Assembly (NCBI RefSeq): GCF_006345805.1
Contig: NW_021836308.1
Coordinates: 1 to 64,000, forward strand
DNA length: 64,000 bases
Source of the DNA: Octopus sinensis
Lineage: Eukaryota
Direction of reading: 5' to 3'
The translations under genes and the position numbers were made by a program. Positions within the stretch are counted from its first letter, which is position 1; the number at the start of each line of letters is the position of its first letter. The notes under the pieces were generated by a model that saw only the letters and a program-made list of their open reading frames with translations, was not told the DNA's origin and made no database searches. Positions 1 through 13,769 of this stretch are shown here, in pieces.

Positions 1-798
1 GATGCTTCTATTGAAAAATTTCTGGATGCTAAACCAAATTTAGGTTACAGGTTCAAGAGAAAGATAGCAGAAATGATTATCCAGAAGACTGTAGCAGCCA
101 CTGAAAAAAATAGTATTCGCAAAAGAGCACAACAATTTTTACTCTGCCTTTGTAAAGAGCTCAAGCACCGTTTGCCAGGAAATATTAATATACTGAGGAA
201 TATCAAATGTTTTCAGTAGAGAATATTTTGCAGCATTTCAAAGAGTAAATTTTACATGTCTTAGAAGCAATGCATTTAAATGAAGAAAAAATCGCTTCAA
301 TTGAAATTCAGTTTAATAGCATTCATTTAGTTAAATGGACATCTAATACTGAGGCATTCTGGCTGGAAGTCTTGGAATATAAAGATGCTACTGGAGGAAA
401 TCCTTTTAGAGCTGTTACAAATTTTGCCATTAATCTACTGACATTGCCATTAATCAAATGCAGAAGTTGAACAGTTGTTCAGTCATATGAGTGAAATCAA
501 ATAAAAACTGAAAAACAAAATGCATCTTCCTATGCTTACATCTATGCTGTCTCTATAAAATATGACCTGAAAAGAAATGGCAAATGTTGCAAAAACTTTG
601 ATATTCCAAAACACATAATTAACAAGATTGGGACCTTGAATGTATCAGTGAAATTCAAGAAATTATTTCTCAATGCTGAATATAATTAAAGTAAATAAAA
701 ATTAAGCTTTTTGATATAATTAGTCTTTAGCAATTTTTTTTGGTATTTTTTTCTACTGAAATTTAGCATAAAATTCTGATTTTAAGTTGGCAACACTG
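1..798 (+). mobile_element. hAT-like DNA transposon, decayed transposase C-terminus and right end
   Basis: FWLEV...NPF...FAINLLTLP then frameshifted NAEVEQLFS (hATC dimerisation motif); ends in TTGGCAACACTG (reverse complement CAGTGTTGCCAA TIR). Confidence 0.72.
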
Positions 799-1999
799 CT
801 GGTGAGATATATTAAAAGTCTCCTAGAACTATATTCATAAAAAAGTATAGAACTACATTATCACCCTCAAATTTGAGAAACAAACACTCATAACATTTTT
901 CTTTTAGAACTTCATTGCATGAGGTTGATACCATGAAATTCTACGAATTGAGCTCAGTCATTTAAGCTTAATTAAAATATAGTTTGTTTTTAAAATAAAA
1001 AAAAGTTAATTATACTTCAGTTCAATTTTTTGCTTTATATTTTTTTTCATATTTTACCTCACAACTTTTTCGATACAAATTTTTGATGCATGGGACCAAA
1101 ACTATGAAATTCTTCATGCTTTCTTCTTTCATTGAAGCTAAGATAAATATATTTTGCTTTTAAAATAAAAATGTTATTTAGATTTAAATTTGATTGGTGG
1201 CATTACTTTGTTGCTACAAATTTTGATGTAATCTTTTCTCTATGGACCAAATCTCAATTTTTTATGCCAAAATGTAGCTAGGGACCAGTCCTCTTCAAAA
1301 ATATTAACAGTTTTCAATTTGGTAAAGAACTGAATTAGCAACAAGCTCTGAAAGATGCTGTGTGGGAGTAAATTGCGGCCTTAAGAAAATTATTCAACTA
1401 CTACCATAGTTGAATGATACACACACTAGTGTTGAACAATGAGAATGAGTGCTCAACACTCTATTGGAAGATAAATGTTCTTTATTTGTAATTAACATAT
1501 ATATATATATGTTATATATAAGTACAAAATGGGACAAGAATGCAAAACATCCAGACAGTTAGGTGATACAAGAAAGGAACAACAAAACATCCATATAGAT
1601 GATGCAAAGAAAACAAGGACAGGTCATTCAGAGTTTTCTTTCCTCAGCTGAGTTCCAGATTATCCTAGCAATTTCGGCTGGTTATACTTGAGATTGCTCC
1701 AATCTGGCTAGCTCCAAGGAAAAACTAAGCTAAGAGCATTAGATTCCTTGGAAGAAAGCAGTGAATGTATATGCAAACAAGGACGAAAAAAAAGAGAGAG
1801 TCACACAAATACAAATAACAGGACATAACAACTGGTGTCTTTCAACTAAGGATGAATTAAATTAAGCTGACGTGTGTGGAAATAAAGCCTTATGGCAGGG
1901 ATACAAGATTTCACAGGTACAGGGAAGAATATCGATGTTGCATGGACAGCGGCTGAACCAAGAAACATATATGTATATATATGTTTCTTGGTTCAAATA

Positions 2000-2370
2000 T
2001 TACTATGATAAATTAAATAAGCATCTGAATAGGAGTGCTGGAGACTGTAATAGTTGTAACTGTAGAGATAAAAACCACTGTAAAATTAACGGAAGATGTA
2101 ATGTTAGTGATGTAATGTGTGGTTTCTGTAAAAGTAGATGGAAATGAAAATAGTGGAATAAATAATACGGATATTGAAAATTATCCAGATAGAACGTATA
2201 TATGGTTGACATCGAATAAAATTAAACAATAAATAGTACAGCACTTGAATTCATGTAAAAATAAGAAACTTAGGAATTCGACAGGACTAAGTAAATACGT
2301 TTGGAGTTTAAAGTCAAAAGAAATCAATTATGAATTAAAGTGGGATATAATATGTAAAGCCCAATGAAAT
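2000..2370 (+). mobile_element. Penelope-like GIY-YIG endonuclease fragment
   Basis: CNCRDKNHCKINGRC ... TYIWLTSN ... [14 protein letters not shown]...ELKWDIICKA, with stops and frameshifts. Confidence 0.72.
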
Positions 2371-2431
2371 AGAAATTAATAGAAAGCAGGTTTTTAAATT
2401 GATGAGGAGGATGATATCTATACCCACACTC

Positions 2432-2465
<34 letters not shown>

Positions 2466-2896
2466 CTCCTTGTATTTGTCAATCCTTAAAATGTCTTTAT
2501 CTTAACACTGTTTGACAAGCAATGTTAGTTTGTTCATGTCCTTGTAGCATAGTAGCCCAATGAAAAAGAAACCAATAGAAAGTGACTTTGCTGGTCACTG
2601 CAATTCAGTAGAACACCACACCCGATCATATTAAATATTTACATTTCGGAGACTTCCACTCCCGACCAGGAGATGAAGACAATTCAAGAACTTTGATGCT
2701 ATTGTTTGATACACATAACATGGATTTGAGGATCTACTAGAGTGATGTGGGATAGATATTACTCAAGTGGCATGGTGAAACATATAAGGATCAAGGCTGG
2801 TTGTTTGGGCATAGTTTCTACAGTTGGATGGTCTTCCTAGTGTTGACCCCTTTACAGAGCATACTAGGTTTGTTTTTTGCAACACCAGTACTAGGG

Positions 2897-3270
2897 AGTG
2901 GAGGCACAATGGCCCAGTAGTTAGGGCAGCGGACTCACGGTCATGATTCCCAGACCGGGCGTTGTGAGTGTTTATTGAGCGAAAACACCTAAAAGCTCCA
3001 CGAGGCTCCAGCAGGGGATGGTGGTGATCCCTACTGTACTCTTTCACCACAACTTTCTCTCACTCTTATTTCCTGTTTCTGTTGTACCTGTATTTCAAGG
3101 GGCCGGCCTTGTCACTCTGTGTCACGCTGAATATCCCCGAGAACTACGTTAAGGGTGTACGTGTCTGTGGAGTGCTCAGCCACTTACCCGTTAATTTCAC
3201 GAGCAGGCTGTTCCGTTGATTCGGATCAACCGGAACCCTCATCGTCGTAACCGACGGAGTGCTTCCCCAC
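2897..3270 (+). mobile_element. tRNA-derived SINE family C (- copies ~10025-10335, 11130-11525, 26690-26950)
   Basis: A box TGGCCCAGTGG, B box GGTTTCGATTCC in fuller copies, shared body. Confidence 0.8.
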
Positions 3271-3578
3271 TAGGGAGGGAATCTATCAGGGCCATTGGCA
3301 AGACTTAAAGAGTCCGCTGAAACCTGTACTATCTCTGCCCGATTCACCAACTACTTTACAGGACTATTAGATAAAATGAAAAGAAAAACAAACAAACAAA
3401 CAAACAAAAACACACAGAAAACCCCAAAACAAAAACAAAACAAAATAAAGCATTAAAAACATAGCTAAGGCAAATGCAAATCTTTTTATCAGCAATGACT
3501 GATTTAAACATGAAGCAAAATAATTATTAAACTCCAACCAATCATTATAAAAGTAATTTATTCTAAATATTGCACCAA

Positions 3579-3579
<1 letters not shown>

Positions 3580-3619
<40 letters not shown>

Positions 3620-3690
3620 TAATGATAATAATAATAATAATGATAATGATGATGATGATGATGATAATAATAATAATAATAATAATGATG

Positions 3691-3731
<41 letters not shown>

Positions 3732-3732
3732 C
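3580..3732. repeat. (AAT)n/(GAT)n microsatellite
   Basis: Direct inspection. Confidence 0.95.
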
Positions 3733-3913
3733 CTTTTCTACTGTAGGCTCAAAGCCCGAAACTTGTGGCCAGGGGTAAAGTCAGTCACATCAACCCCAGT
3801 GCTTCACCGGTACTAATTCATTCACCCCCGAAAGGATGAAAGGCAAAGTCAACCTTGGCGGGATTTGAACTCAGAACATAGCAACAGACAAAAAAAAAAA
3901 CAAAACAAAACAA

Positions 3914-3953
<40 letters not shown>

Positions 3954-5600
3954 TAACACATATGACGAATTAGTGAACTACAACCAATCATTAAAAAAGT
4001 GATTAAATGTTATTTAAAAAAATAGAAAAATATAATTTTTTTTTTATTAATGAGATTTAAAATTTTTAAGTACAAATAACAGTTTTCATTTCAAAATCAT
4101 TTGACTTTGAGAGCAAACAATTATCATTGTCAATGGTTTTATAGAAGTTCAATTTAATTTGTATTGGATGGCACCGGTGTCTTAACAATATATTAATGTA
4201 CTGTAATATACTGTTTATAAAATAAGATTTTTTTTTTTGGCAAAACATCATACATAATAACTCATCAAATGTAGTGACTTTAAATCCAGCTCATGCTGTT
4301 TGTGGCCTTCATCTTGGGGTAGATGTAGCAAGAATAAAACAAAATAATGATCAACTCTGACAGCTGCCCACCTCTAAGTAGAATCTTACCCTAACTCTAC
4401 CCTTTCCTTTCTGCCAGACTTAACTAATGACAAAAGGGGGAAAAAAAAAGAAAAGAAGAAAAAAGTGGTTCTCAAGAATATCTTTATCAACTTTTAACAA
4501 ACTTCCTTTCATCCAATAAAGAAACTGGTTAATTCCACACGACAAAGACCACAGCTATAATTAGAGAAAAGGGTGCAAAAAGTCTGTGAACCATCTGGAA
4601 ATTTACTTTGCTTAGAAATCTAATACAATATATAGAATACAAGCAAACAGGCAATATTTATATCTGACAGATTTACAGAAATCCAGAGCTTTAAATTTGT
4701 TGGTTGCACCCAAATCACAGCTAAATGTCTTTAAAAAAAAAAAGGAATGATATATGGCATAATGTAGTCCTAGAGATATAAAATGATGGCATTATGATTG
4801 GAATACTTTTGATCACAGATCTGCTTATTTGGGGCTGACATAAAACTAAACAATAACACAAATTTTTATCTTTAGCAAACATATCTGGTAACAGCACTCT
4901 TGCTACAAGAGATCAGCACTTCTTCTTTTCACCTTATCTCCACTTCCATATATATATATATATAAATCGGTTCTGAGATGTAAATAGAAGAGATCAAACA
5001 TGTATAAGGCTGGCCTGCTTCATTTCATTACTGAAAAAAAATAATGACAGTGACCATTGTCTATAAATCTCATCTTAACCAATTTTATTTCTTGTTATGT
5101 GACTGGCCAAATTCTTGATTGCCTTAACAATTCCAAGTCTTCATCTACCATCAGCAAAAAAAAAAAGGAAAACTAAACTATAATTTAATAATCCTTTTTA
5201 CTAGAGGCATGTAGTCAGAAATTTTGTGGGAGGGTGATAATTGATAACATCAACCCAAGGGCTCAACTCGGACTTATTTTATCAACTTCAAAAGGTTGAA
5301 AGGCAAAGCCAACCTTAGCAGAACTCAGAACATAAAGATGGATGAAATGCTGCTAAACATTTTCTCTGGTGTGCTAGCAATAATTTCTTTTATTAGGCAC
5401 AGGGGCACATATGAGGGGGCACCACAAGGACAGACAACAATTTGTGTGGAATTTACATAGAGGATGAGGAAAAAGAAATGGAAAAGACAGTAAAATGCAA
5501 TAAAAGTATACACTCTGTATAAAATATGTGACAAGATGAATGATAGAGTCCTCCAAGAGAGACTCCAACTAGGGTCAATCAAGGAACCCCACAGATCCAA

Positions 5601-5835
5601 GGCGGCGAGATGGCAGAAACGTTAGCACGCCGGGCGAAATGCTTAGCAGTATTTTGTCTACCACTACGCTCTGAGTTCAAATTCCGCCGAGGTCGACTTT
5701 GCCTTTCATCCTTTCGGGGTCGATAAATTAAGTACCAGTTATGCACTGGGGTCGATGTGATTGACTTAATCCGTTTGTCCGTCCTTATTTGTCCTCTCTG
5801 TGTTTAGCCCCTTGTGGGTAGTAAAGAAATAGGTA
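5601..5835 (+). mobile_element. tRNA-derived SINE family A. Other + copies: ~22283, 27795 (tandem), 41323, 50510, 58345. - copies: ~7010, 9215-9725 (tandem), 10590, 32040, 33125, 46970, 49940, 51320
   Basis: ggcggcgagctggcag head, B box GAGTTCAAATTCC, core gcctttcatcctttcggggtcgataaattaagtaccag; many near-identical copies. Confidence 0.85.
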
Positions 5836-6279
5836 TGAGCCCTCTTTCCTGCTATCCGATTTACAGGTGCATATTTAGAGTTAGGACCAGTAATTTTGAG
5901 GGTAGAGGGTAAGTTGATTACATTAAATCTCAGCACTTGACTGGTATTTTACTTTCTCCATCCTGAAAGGATGGAAGACAAGTTGACCTTGATGGAATTA
6001 AAACTCAGAACAGCACCACGATTGGATGTTAAACTTGTTGAAAATCATGAGAGGTGTGAGAAATTTCATTCTGTCACAAAGGGGAGCAAAAAGTTAAAGT
6101 CTATCTTATGTAGAATACACAGGCTGAACAACCTGAATGGAGTGTGGCAATGTTATTGCAGAGGTGAAATTAATGGCACTGAAAAAAAGCACACAAGCAT
6201 TTGGCAGATAGATAGGAGCAGAAACCTCTGCAGGGCAAATATGTGGCCCATAGTGATGTGAAGACCTATAGTTGATGTG

Positions 6280-6620
6280 AAGGCACATGGCTCAGTGGTT
6301 AGAGTATTGAGCTTACAATCCTGAGGTTGTGAGTTCGAATCCCGGACCGGGCTGCGTGTTGTGTTCTTGAGCAAGACACTTTATTTCACGTCGCTCCAGT
6401 TCACTCAGCTGTAGAAATGAGTTGCGACATCACAGGTGCCAATCTGTATCTGCTTTTGCCTTTCCTTTGAATAACATTGGTAGCATGGAGAGGGGAGGCC
6501 GGTATGCATGGGTGACTGCTGGTCTTCCATAAACAACCTTGCCTGGACTTGTGCATGGCGGGGTGGGGTAACTTTCTAGATGCAATCCCATGGTCAGTCA
6601 TGACCAAAGGGGGTCTCAGT
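6280..6620 (+). mobile_element. tRNA-derived SINE family D (other copies ~24855, 46145 on +; ~59195, 59345 on -)
   Basis: TGGCTCAGTGG ... AGTTCGAATCC head; ctccagttcactcagctgtagaaatgag body. Confidence 0.8.
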
Positions 6621-6629
6621 TGATGTGGA

Positions 6630-7460
6630 CCAGGGCTAAAGGCAGAGAGCAAAGGCTTCATCTTAGCTGCTCAAGATCAAAGCTTATTAACTCTGAACTA
6701 TGAAACCAACGCAATGAAAAATGGAATCAATCCAAAAGTAATTGAAACGGTAGACCACCTAATCTCTAGATGTAAAGTCTTAGCACCAATGAAGTATAAA
6801 TCAAGACATGACAGAGTTGGTCAATATCTTGGTTTATATGTTAGCATTATAAAATCAAAACTGTTGATAAATGGTATAATCACCACACTGAGTCAGTAAC
6901 TGAGGAAGAAAATTTTACGATTTTTTAGGACATTCCAGCACATACAAACCAAACTAAACCAGATAAAGTTTGTTTATTGGTCAAATGAGTATTCCTTGTG
7001 GTCATATTTATTTATTTATTGCCCAGAAGGGGCTAAATGTAGAGGGGACAAACAAGGGATTAAGTCGATTATATCGACCCCAGTGCTTAACTAGTACTTA
7101 TTTAATCGACCCTGAAAGGATGAAAGGCAAAGTCGACCTCAGCGGAATTTGAACTCAGAACGTAACAGCAGACGAAATACCACTAAGCCTTTTGCCTGGC
7201 AAGCTAACACTTCTGCCAGCTCGCTGCCTGGTAGTCATAATATCTGAGCGAAAGAATTTGATAAGCTTAGAAAATATAAAGATTTGCTAATTGAGATTGG
7301 AAAAATGTACATCTCAAGGTGGTTAGAATACAGGTGAGTATAAAAGGAACTGAAATTATTTGAGAATGATCCTTGGTTTACCATCTGTGCAAGGAGTGCA
7401 AAAGATTGTTTTAACTGGTACATCACATGCATTGAGAAGAGCCTTGTTGATGCAAGAATG
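6630..7460 (+). mobile_element. R4/Dong-like (RLE-type) non-LTR retrotransposon 3' fragment, interrupted by a SINE
   Basis: GLKAESKGFILAAQDQSL, ETVDHLISRC, RHDRV, KYKDLLIEI, VQKIVLTGTSHALRR. Confidence 0.72.
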
Positions 7461-7659
7461 ATTAGCACACGTATTAATTTTTTTTTTTTTACATATATCT
7501 TCATTTCATTTTGAAAATGAACACTCTGATGAGTTTAGTTAAATGGCCTATCAATATATATACAGTGAGTTTCTTTGCCCTAGGAGTCAGGAAGACACTC
7601 GGCAAGAAATAAAAACAAAATTGAAAAGAGAAGAAAAACTAATAATAATGATGATGATG

Positions 7660-8945
7660 ATAATGAGGACTCGGAGAGTGCAGACTTCTACCCAACGTCC
7701 TCTCAATGATTAGCCAGAGATGATTTTTAAAATGAGAATATCTGAAATAAACTTGGCTGCTCTCTCAAACGAGAATACTAAAATTGAACCTGACCGCTCT
7801 CAAAAATTAAGTAAAAAAACAAAAAATGGAAAAATAATCCAGAATCCTTGTCCGGTACCTGATCGATCCCAATGGTAGTCATGTAATGTGAAGGTAGGTG
7901 TGCAGGTCGTGTTTGTAATACTGTGTGTGTGTGTCATCTGCAGTGGGAACAGAGACAGTTTTCTCTATGAAGGTCTATAGTGAAAAATTCATCCGTGCAT
8001 GAAAGAAAACAGAAAGGACCTGCATACGATGCTGTTAACGGAGGTTTAACAACATTGTTGAGGTAAGAGGTTTTAAACAGGTGTGATATATTCAAAATTG
8101 GTAAAACTAAAAATTATTGAGGGTAAATTAAATTTATTACTGTTACTGAATATATTAGTGTTATTTAATATCTGAACGGTTTTGCTGCCATTTGTTTATG
8201 TAGTTTGATTTCTTAATCCATCAGTTTCTACTAATATAGAGATGCGAGTAAAATTAATAGTAGAGAAATGAAAATAAAACTTTGGAAACATCAATGCCAC
8301 CATAATTTATGTGGAAACCATGAGTGTGCTTTCGAGGGCGATAAACAGAGATTGTACCACTTTATGTGAGTGGTTGTGTGGTAAGTAGCTTGTTTACCAA
8401 CCACATGGTTCCGGGTTCAGTCCCACTGCATGGCACCTTGGCCAAGTGTCTTCTACTATAGCCTCAGGCCGACCAAAGCCTTGTGGGTGGATTTGGTAAA
8501 CGGAAACTGAAAGAAGCCTGTCGTATATATGTATATGCGTGTGTGTGTGTGTGTTTGTCCCCCCCCCCCCAACATCGCTTGACAACCGATGCTAGTGTGT
8601 TTATGTCCCCGTTACTTAGTGGTTCGGCAAAAGAGACCAATAGAATAAGTACTGGGCTTACAAAAGAATAAATCCTGGGGTCGAGTTGCTCGATTAAAGG
8701 TGGTGCTCCAGCATGGCCGCAGTCAAATGACTGAAACAATTAAGAGAGTAAAAGAGAGTAATATAATCCAGAATCCTTGTCCGGTACCGGATCGATCCCA
8801 AAATCTAATCAGTTCAGGCCAAACATCCCTGAAAGTTTCAGCAGAATCCATCCAGCGGTTCTTGAGATATCTTGTCCACGAACCAACAAACAAACAAACA
8901 TGACTGAAAACAATACCTCCACCTTAGCGAAGGTGGGGGTAATAA
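7660..8945 (+). mobile_element. HINE/Helentron-like non-autonomous element in two pieces (~7660-7873 and ~8764-8945)
   Basis: 3' end (aaac)n...ATACCTCCACCTTAGCGAAGGTGGGGGTAAT hairpin; shared 38-bp segment in both pieces. Confidence 0.45.
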
Positions 8946-9110
8946 TGTTTCTCCCTATAGGCACAAGGTTTTAAATTTTGGGGGAGGAGACTAGTCAATT
9001 ACATCGACTCCCAATGTTCAACTGGTACTTATTTTATCAACCCTGAAAGTCGACCCCGGCGGAATTTGAACTCAGAAGAAGAAAAAGTAGTAGTAGTAGT
9101 AGTAGTAGTA

Positions 9111-9157
<47 letters not shown>

Positions 9158-12100
9158 TTTTCCACAAGGGCAGCTTGGGGTAGGTGGGGAGGTGTCACTT
9201 TAATTGACCCCAGTGTTTCACTGGTACTTAATTTATTGCCCCCAAAAGGATGAAAGGCAAAGTCAACCTCAGCAGAATTTGAACTCAGAACATAGCAACA
9301 GGCGAAATACTTATTTCTTTACTACCCACAAGGGGCTACACACAGAGGGGACAAACAAGGACAGACAAACGGATTAAGTCGATTATATCGACCCCAGTGC
9401 GTAACTGGTACTTATTCAATCGACCCCGAAAGGATGAAAGGCAAAGTTGACCTCGGTGGAATTTGAACTCAGAACATAGCGGCAGACAAAATACCTATTT
9501 CTTTATTACCCACAAGGGGCTAAACACAGAGGGAACAAACAAGGACAGACATAGGTATTAAGTCGATTACATCGACCCCAGTTCGTAACTGGTACTTAAT
9601 TTATCGACCCCGAAAGGATGAAAGGCAAAGTCGACCTCGGCGGAATTTGAACTCCCAACGTAACGCAGACAAAATACCGCTAAGCATTTTGCCTGGCTTG
9701 CTAACGTTTCTGCCAGCTTGCCACCTTATAATAATAATAATGATTATGAGCTTACTGTATTCAGTACTCAAGTGAAGTACAATTTTTTTTTTTTTCCCAT
9801 AATGATAAAAAAATGTATAACTTTATGCCCTGTTCACATGATCTTCGTAATCTCTATTACGATCCTTCAACTTTGGTATTCCTAAACTGATGAAAACAAT
9901 AACAGTGACCATCTTTTAAAAACACCATGAATCACCCCCACCCCACCCCTCACTCCGTTTCTAAGCAACAGCCAACAAATGATTCCAAACACTAAAACCA
10001 AACCCATCTAGGCTTATTTACTGATGTTTCATTGTAATTTATTTATTTATGGGCCCTTTTCAAGCCTAGCCAGGCTCATGGGCTCGGTTTCTATGGCGTA
10101 TGTGTTCCCCTCAGCTGGACGGGACGCCAGTCCATCGCAGCATTACTCAAGAAACTGTAAGAAAGAGTGAGAGAGAGTTGGGACGAAAGAGTACAACAGG
10201 GGTCGCCACCACCCCCTGCAGGAACCTCGTGCAGCTTTAGGTATTTTTGCTCAATAAACACACACAATGCCCGGTCTGGGAATCGAAACCGCGATCCTCC
10301 GACCACGAGTCCGCTGCCCTAACCACTGGGCCATTGCGCCTCCATTTCATTGTAATAATTATAGTATTTCTGGAACAAATGGGTTTACTTTTTTCAGCTT
10401 ATATTCACATTCCAATAATTACTGTTTCTATGTATTGTCCTTATTGATTATCCAATAATTTAACCTTCACACTAAATAATTCTTGCAAACAGTAGCGTTA
10501 TATTCTGGACTGTCTACACTGAATGTTACAAAAGCAATTCCTCCATGCAATGTATGCCTTACCCATTGTGTTGCATGCTTAATATATATTTCTTTATTGC
10601 CCACAAGGGGCTAAACATAGAGGGGACAAACAAGGACAGACGAACGGATTAAGTCGATTACATCGACCCCAGTGCGTAACTGGTACTTATTCAATCGACC
10701 CCGAAAGGATGAAAGGCAAAATCGACCTCGACGGAATTTGAACTCAGAACGTATCGACAGACAAAATACCGCTTAGCACTTCGCCCAACGTGCTAACGTT
10801 TCTGCCAGCTCACCACCTTTTGCATGCTTAATATATTATTACTAAGAGAGAGTGGGAGTGCATGGTTTAGTGTTTAGGATGTTGTTACTCATAATTACAA
10901 GATTGTGGTTTCAATGCCTGAACCAGGCAGTCTATTGTGTTCTTGAGTGAAAAATTTCATTCCACACTGCTTTGCGATCACTTTCACATTTGACATGTGG
11001 CACACTATACACCTGTATAGGTAATGTCAATTTGAAGCGAATTAACTCAGGTTCAACACAAACATTTGGTTGCTATAAAAATATAATCTGTGCAGGAAGT
11101 TCATCAAGAAATTGTGGAATCACCTTTTTCAGACTCTGGATGGAAGCACTCCATCGGTTACGATGATGAGGGTTCCCGTTGATCCGAATCAACGGAACAG
11201 CCTGCTCGTGAAATTAACGTGTACGTGGCTGAGCACTCCATAGACACGTGCACCCTTAACGTAGTTCTCGGGGATATTCAGCGTGACACAGAGAGTGACA
11301 AGGCCGGCCCTTTGAAATACAGGTACAACAGAAACAGGAAGTAAGAGTGAGAGAAAGTTGTGGTAAAAGAGTACAGCAGGGATCACCACCATCCCTTGCC
11401 GGAGCCTCGTGGAGCTTTAGGCGTTTTCACTCAATAAACACTCACAATGCCCGGTCTGGGAATCAAAACCGCGATCCTATGACCGTGAGTCTGCTGCCCT
11501 AATCACTGGGTCATTGCACCTCCACTTTCAGACTCTACAGACTACCAAGAAGAAGAGACTGTTGATGGAAAATATAACATTATCATAGTGAGTCTGACAT
11601 TTTGTTATGCATCAATTAGCTTGTACAATATGTGTAATCCACTTAATTCCCGTCATGCTTTGTTGAATACTATAATGCACTTGACAGAGGGAAAAATGGA
11701 TGATATTTAGTTCTTGGATATAAAGTACACTTCTAATATTATTTATGCCTAAGAAAATCCTGATAAAAAGAGTATGTGTTATGTATGAATATATATAGTA
11801 ATTTTAAAATGATTACTTAAAAACTGACTGTTTTGTTAATGTGAAACGGTGGTAATGTTAAAATAGGTTTGTCATAAAAGGGGTTGAACAGATATGTGAC
11901 AAAACACATCACAGGAAAAGATACTAGACTAAGAGAGAGAATATTCCCAGATTTCAAATATAATTCTCTCAGATGGGTGAAGTGAAGGCATGTAGAGAGA
12001 ATAAATTGTCCTGTCCCTGAGACAAAAGAATCTCTGAAGAATTAAGGAACTCACGGCTGTTTATATCTGATCCTTTTGGCCATTTTGATTTTTATGCAAA

Positions 12101-12654
12101 CCACATACACATATATACAAAAATGCAACAGACATTGTACATTTAAGCCTGAATTGTGTGTAATGGAGGGAAATCGAAGAAGAATTTCAACTTCCTTCCA
12201 CCACTTAAGTCTGCCAACAATTGCTCTTGTCGCATGCAAATCACTGACATAAAATTAGAGCGGACAGCAAACAGTATCATCCGTGATGTAGTTATCACAC
12301 AGCATCTTATACAAACAGCTTTAACAATTTAGACATAGAAGCAAGGTCAGATGTGAAGTACAGTTAGTGTTATAATAATATCAATTTGTAACATAGACTT
12401 GAAGCCACAAATTTTTTTGGGGAAAGTGTGCAGTAATTCAAATTGGACCCCTCTTGGTACAGCGCTTAACTGTGACTAATTTCCTTGATGTTGGAAACAT
12501 GACAGCCAAAGTTAACTGTAGTGAGGTTTAAGCTCAGAACATAAAGAAATCCAATTAAATGCTGTAAGGCAGTTTGGTTATCACTCAGCTATTGCAAAAC
12601 TGTAATTAAAATGCTGAAGAGTATGAATGGAAGTGTCAATGGAGCATCACTCAA

Positions 12655-12838
12655 GGCGTAGGAGTGGCTGTGTGGTAAGTAGCTTGTTTACCAACCACAT
12701 GGTTCCGGGTTCAGTCCCACTGCGGGGCACCTTGGGCAAGTGTCTTCTACTATAGCCTCGGGTCGACCAAAGCCTTGTGAGTGGTTTGGTAGACGGAAAT
12801 TGAAAGAAGCCCGTCGTATATATGTATATATATATATA

Positions 12839-12872
<34 letters not shown>

Positions 12873-13130
12873 GATATATATATATATATAAGTATGTATG
12901 TGTGTGTATATGTTTGTGTGTCTGCGTTTGTCCCCCCCCCCCAACATCGCCTGACAACCGATGCTGGTGTGTGTTTACGTCCCCATAACTTAGCGGTTCG
13001 GCAAAGAGACCGATAGAATAAGTACTAGGCTTACAAAAAATAAGTCCTGGAGTTGATTTGCTCGACTAAAGGCGGTTCTCCAGCATGGCCACAGTCAAAT
13101 GACTGAAACAAGTAAACAGTAAAAGTAAGT
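12655..13130 (+). mobile_element. tRNA-derived SINE family B. Other + copies: ~8365, 14620, 20025, 23486, 24027, 30430, 33570, 34368, 49575, 53963. - copies: ~17150, 53035, 62430, 63620
   Basis: A box TGGCTGTGTGG, B box GGTTCAGTCC, internal (TA/TG)n, 3' tail (gtaaaaga)n. Confidence 0.85.
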
Positions 13131-13410
13131 TGAAAACAAGTCAAATCCTATCTTATGGATCAAAGTCTCAAAAGCACGCAGCTCTAAAATGGCACTGCAG
13201 TGATGTTAACCTGATGACCGGTTGTTTTCAGTGCAAAGTTAAATCCTGCTTTCATGATATTCTACCCAAGATATGAACAAATGAGGGAGCCTCTATATAG
13301 CTGCCCACTTTGCTAGAAATAACAGCCAAGTCTTCCTCAACTCACAACCGATCATCATACAAAGGGAAGACACACTAGATAATGTAAATTCTTTATATGC
13401 CATTTTTAGG

Positions 13411-13769
13411 AGGCAACTGTCAAGATGTCACACTGAGGCACCAGCCAAGACGTCACACTGAGGCACCAGCCAAGACATCACACTGAGGCACCTGTCAAGA
13501 AGTCACACTGAGGCACCTGTCAAGACGTCACACTGAGGCACCTGTCAAGATGTCACACTGAGGCACTAGCCCAGACGTCACACCGAGGCACCAGCCAAGA
13601 CGTCACACCGAGGCACCTGTCAAAATGTCACACCGAGGCACCAGCCAAGACGTCACACCGAGGCACCTGTCAAGATGTTACACTGAGGCACCTGTCAAGA
13701 AGTCACACTGAGGCACCTGTCAAGAAGTCACACTGAGGCACCTGTCAAGACGTCACACGGAGGCACCAG
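13411..13769. repeat. 25-bp minisatellite, ~14 copies
   Basis: Unit gtcacactgaggcacc(agcc|tgtc)aaga(c/t/a). Confidence 0.9.

Noticed and set aside
4990-12245. Acceptor-like sites on minus (~5030, ~9886, ~12243) opening short phase-2 ORFs that could be alternative short tails after the TM exon
   Set aside because: Such motifs arise by chance; no homology or conservation evidence, and the shared 11-mer is not significant
13411-13769. CRISPR-like regular repeat array
   Set aside because: Units are contiguous with no unique spacers, the context is eukaryotic and there are no cas genes; it is a minisatellite
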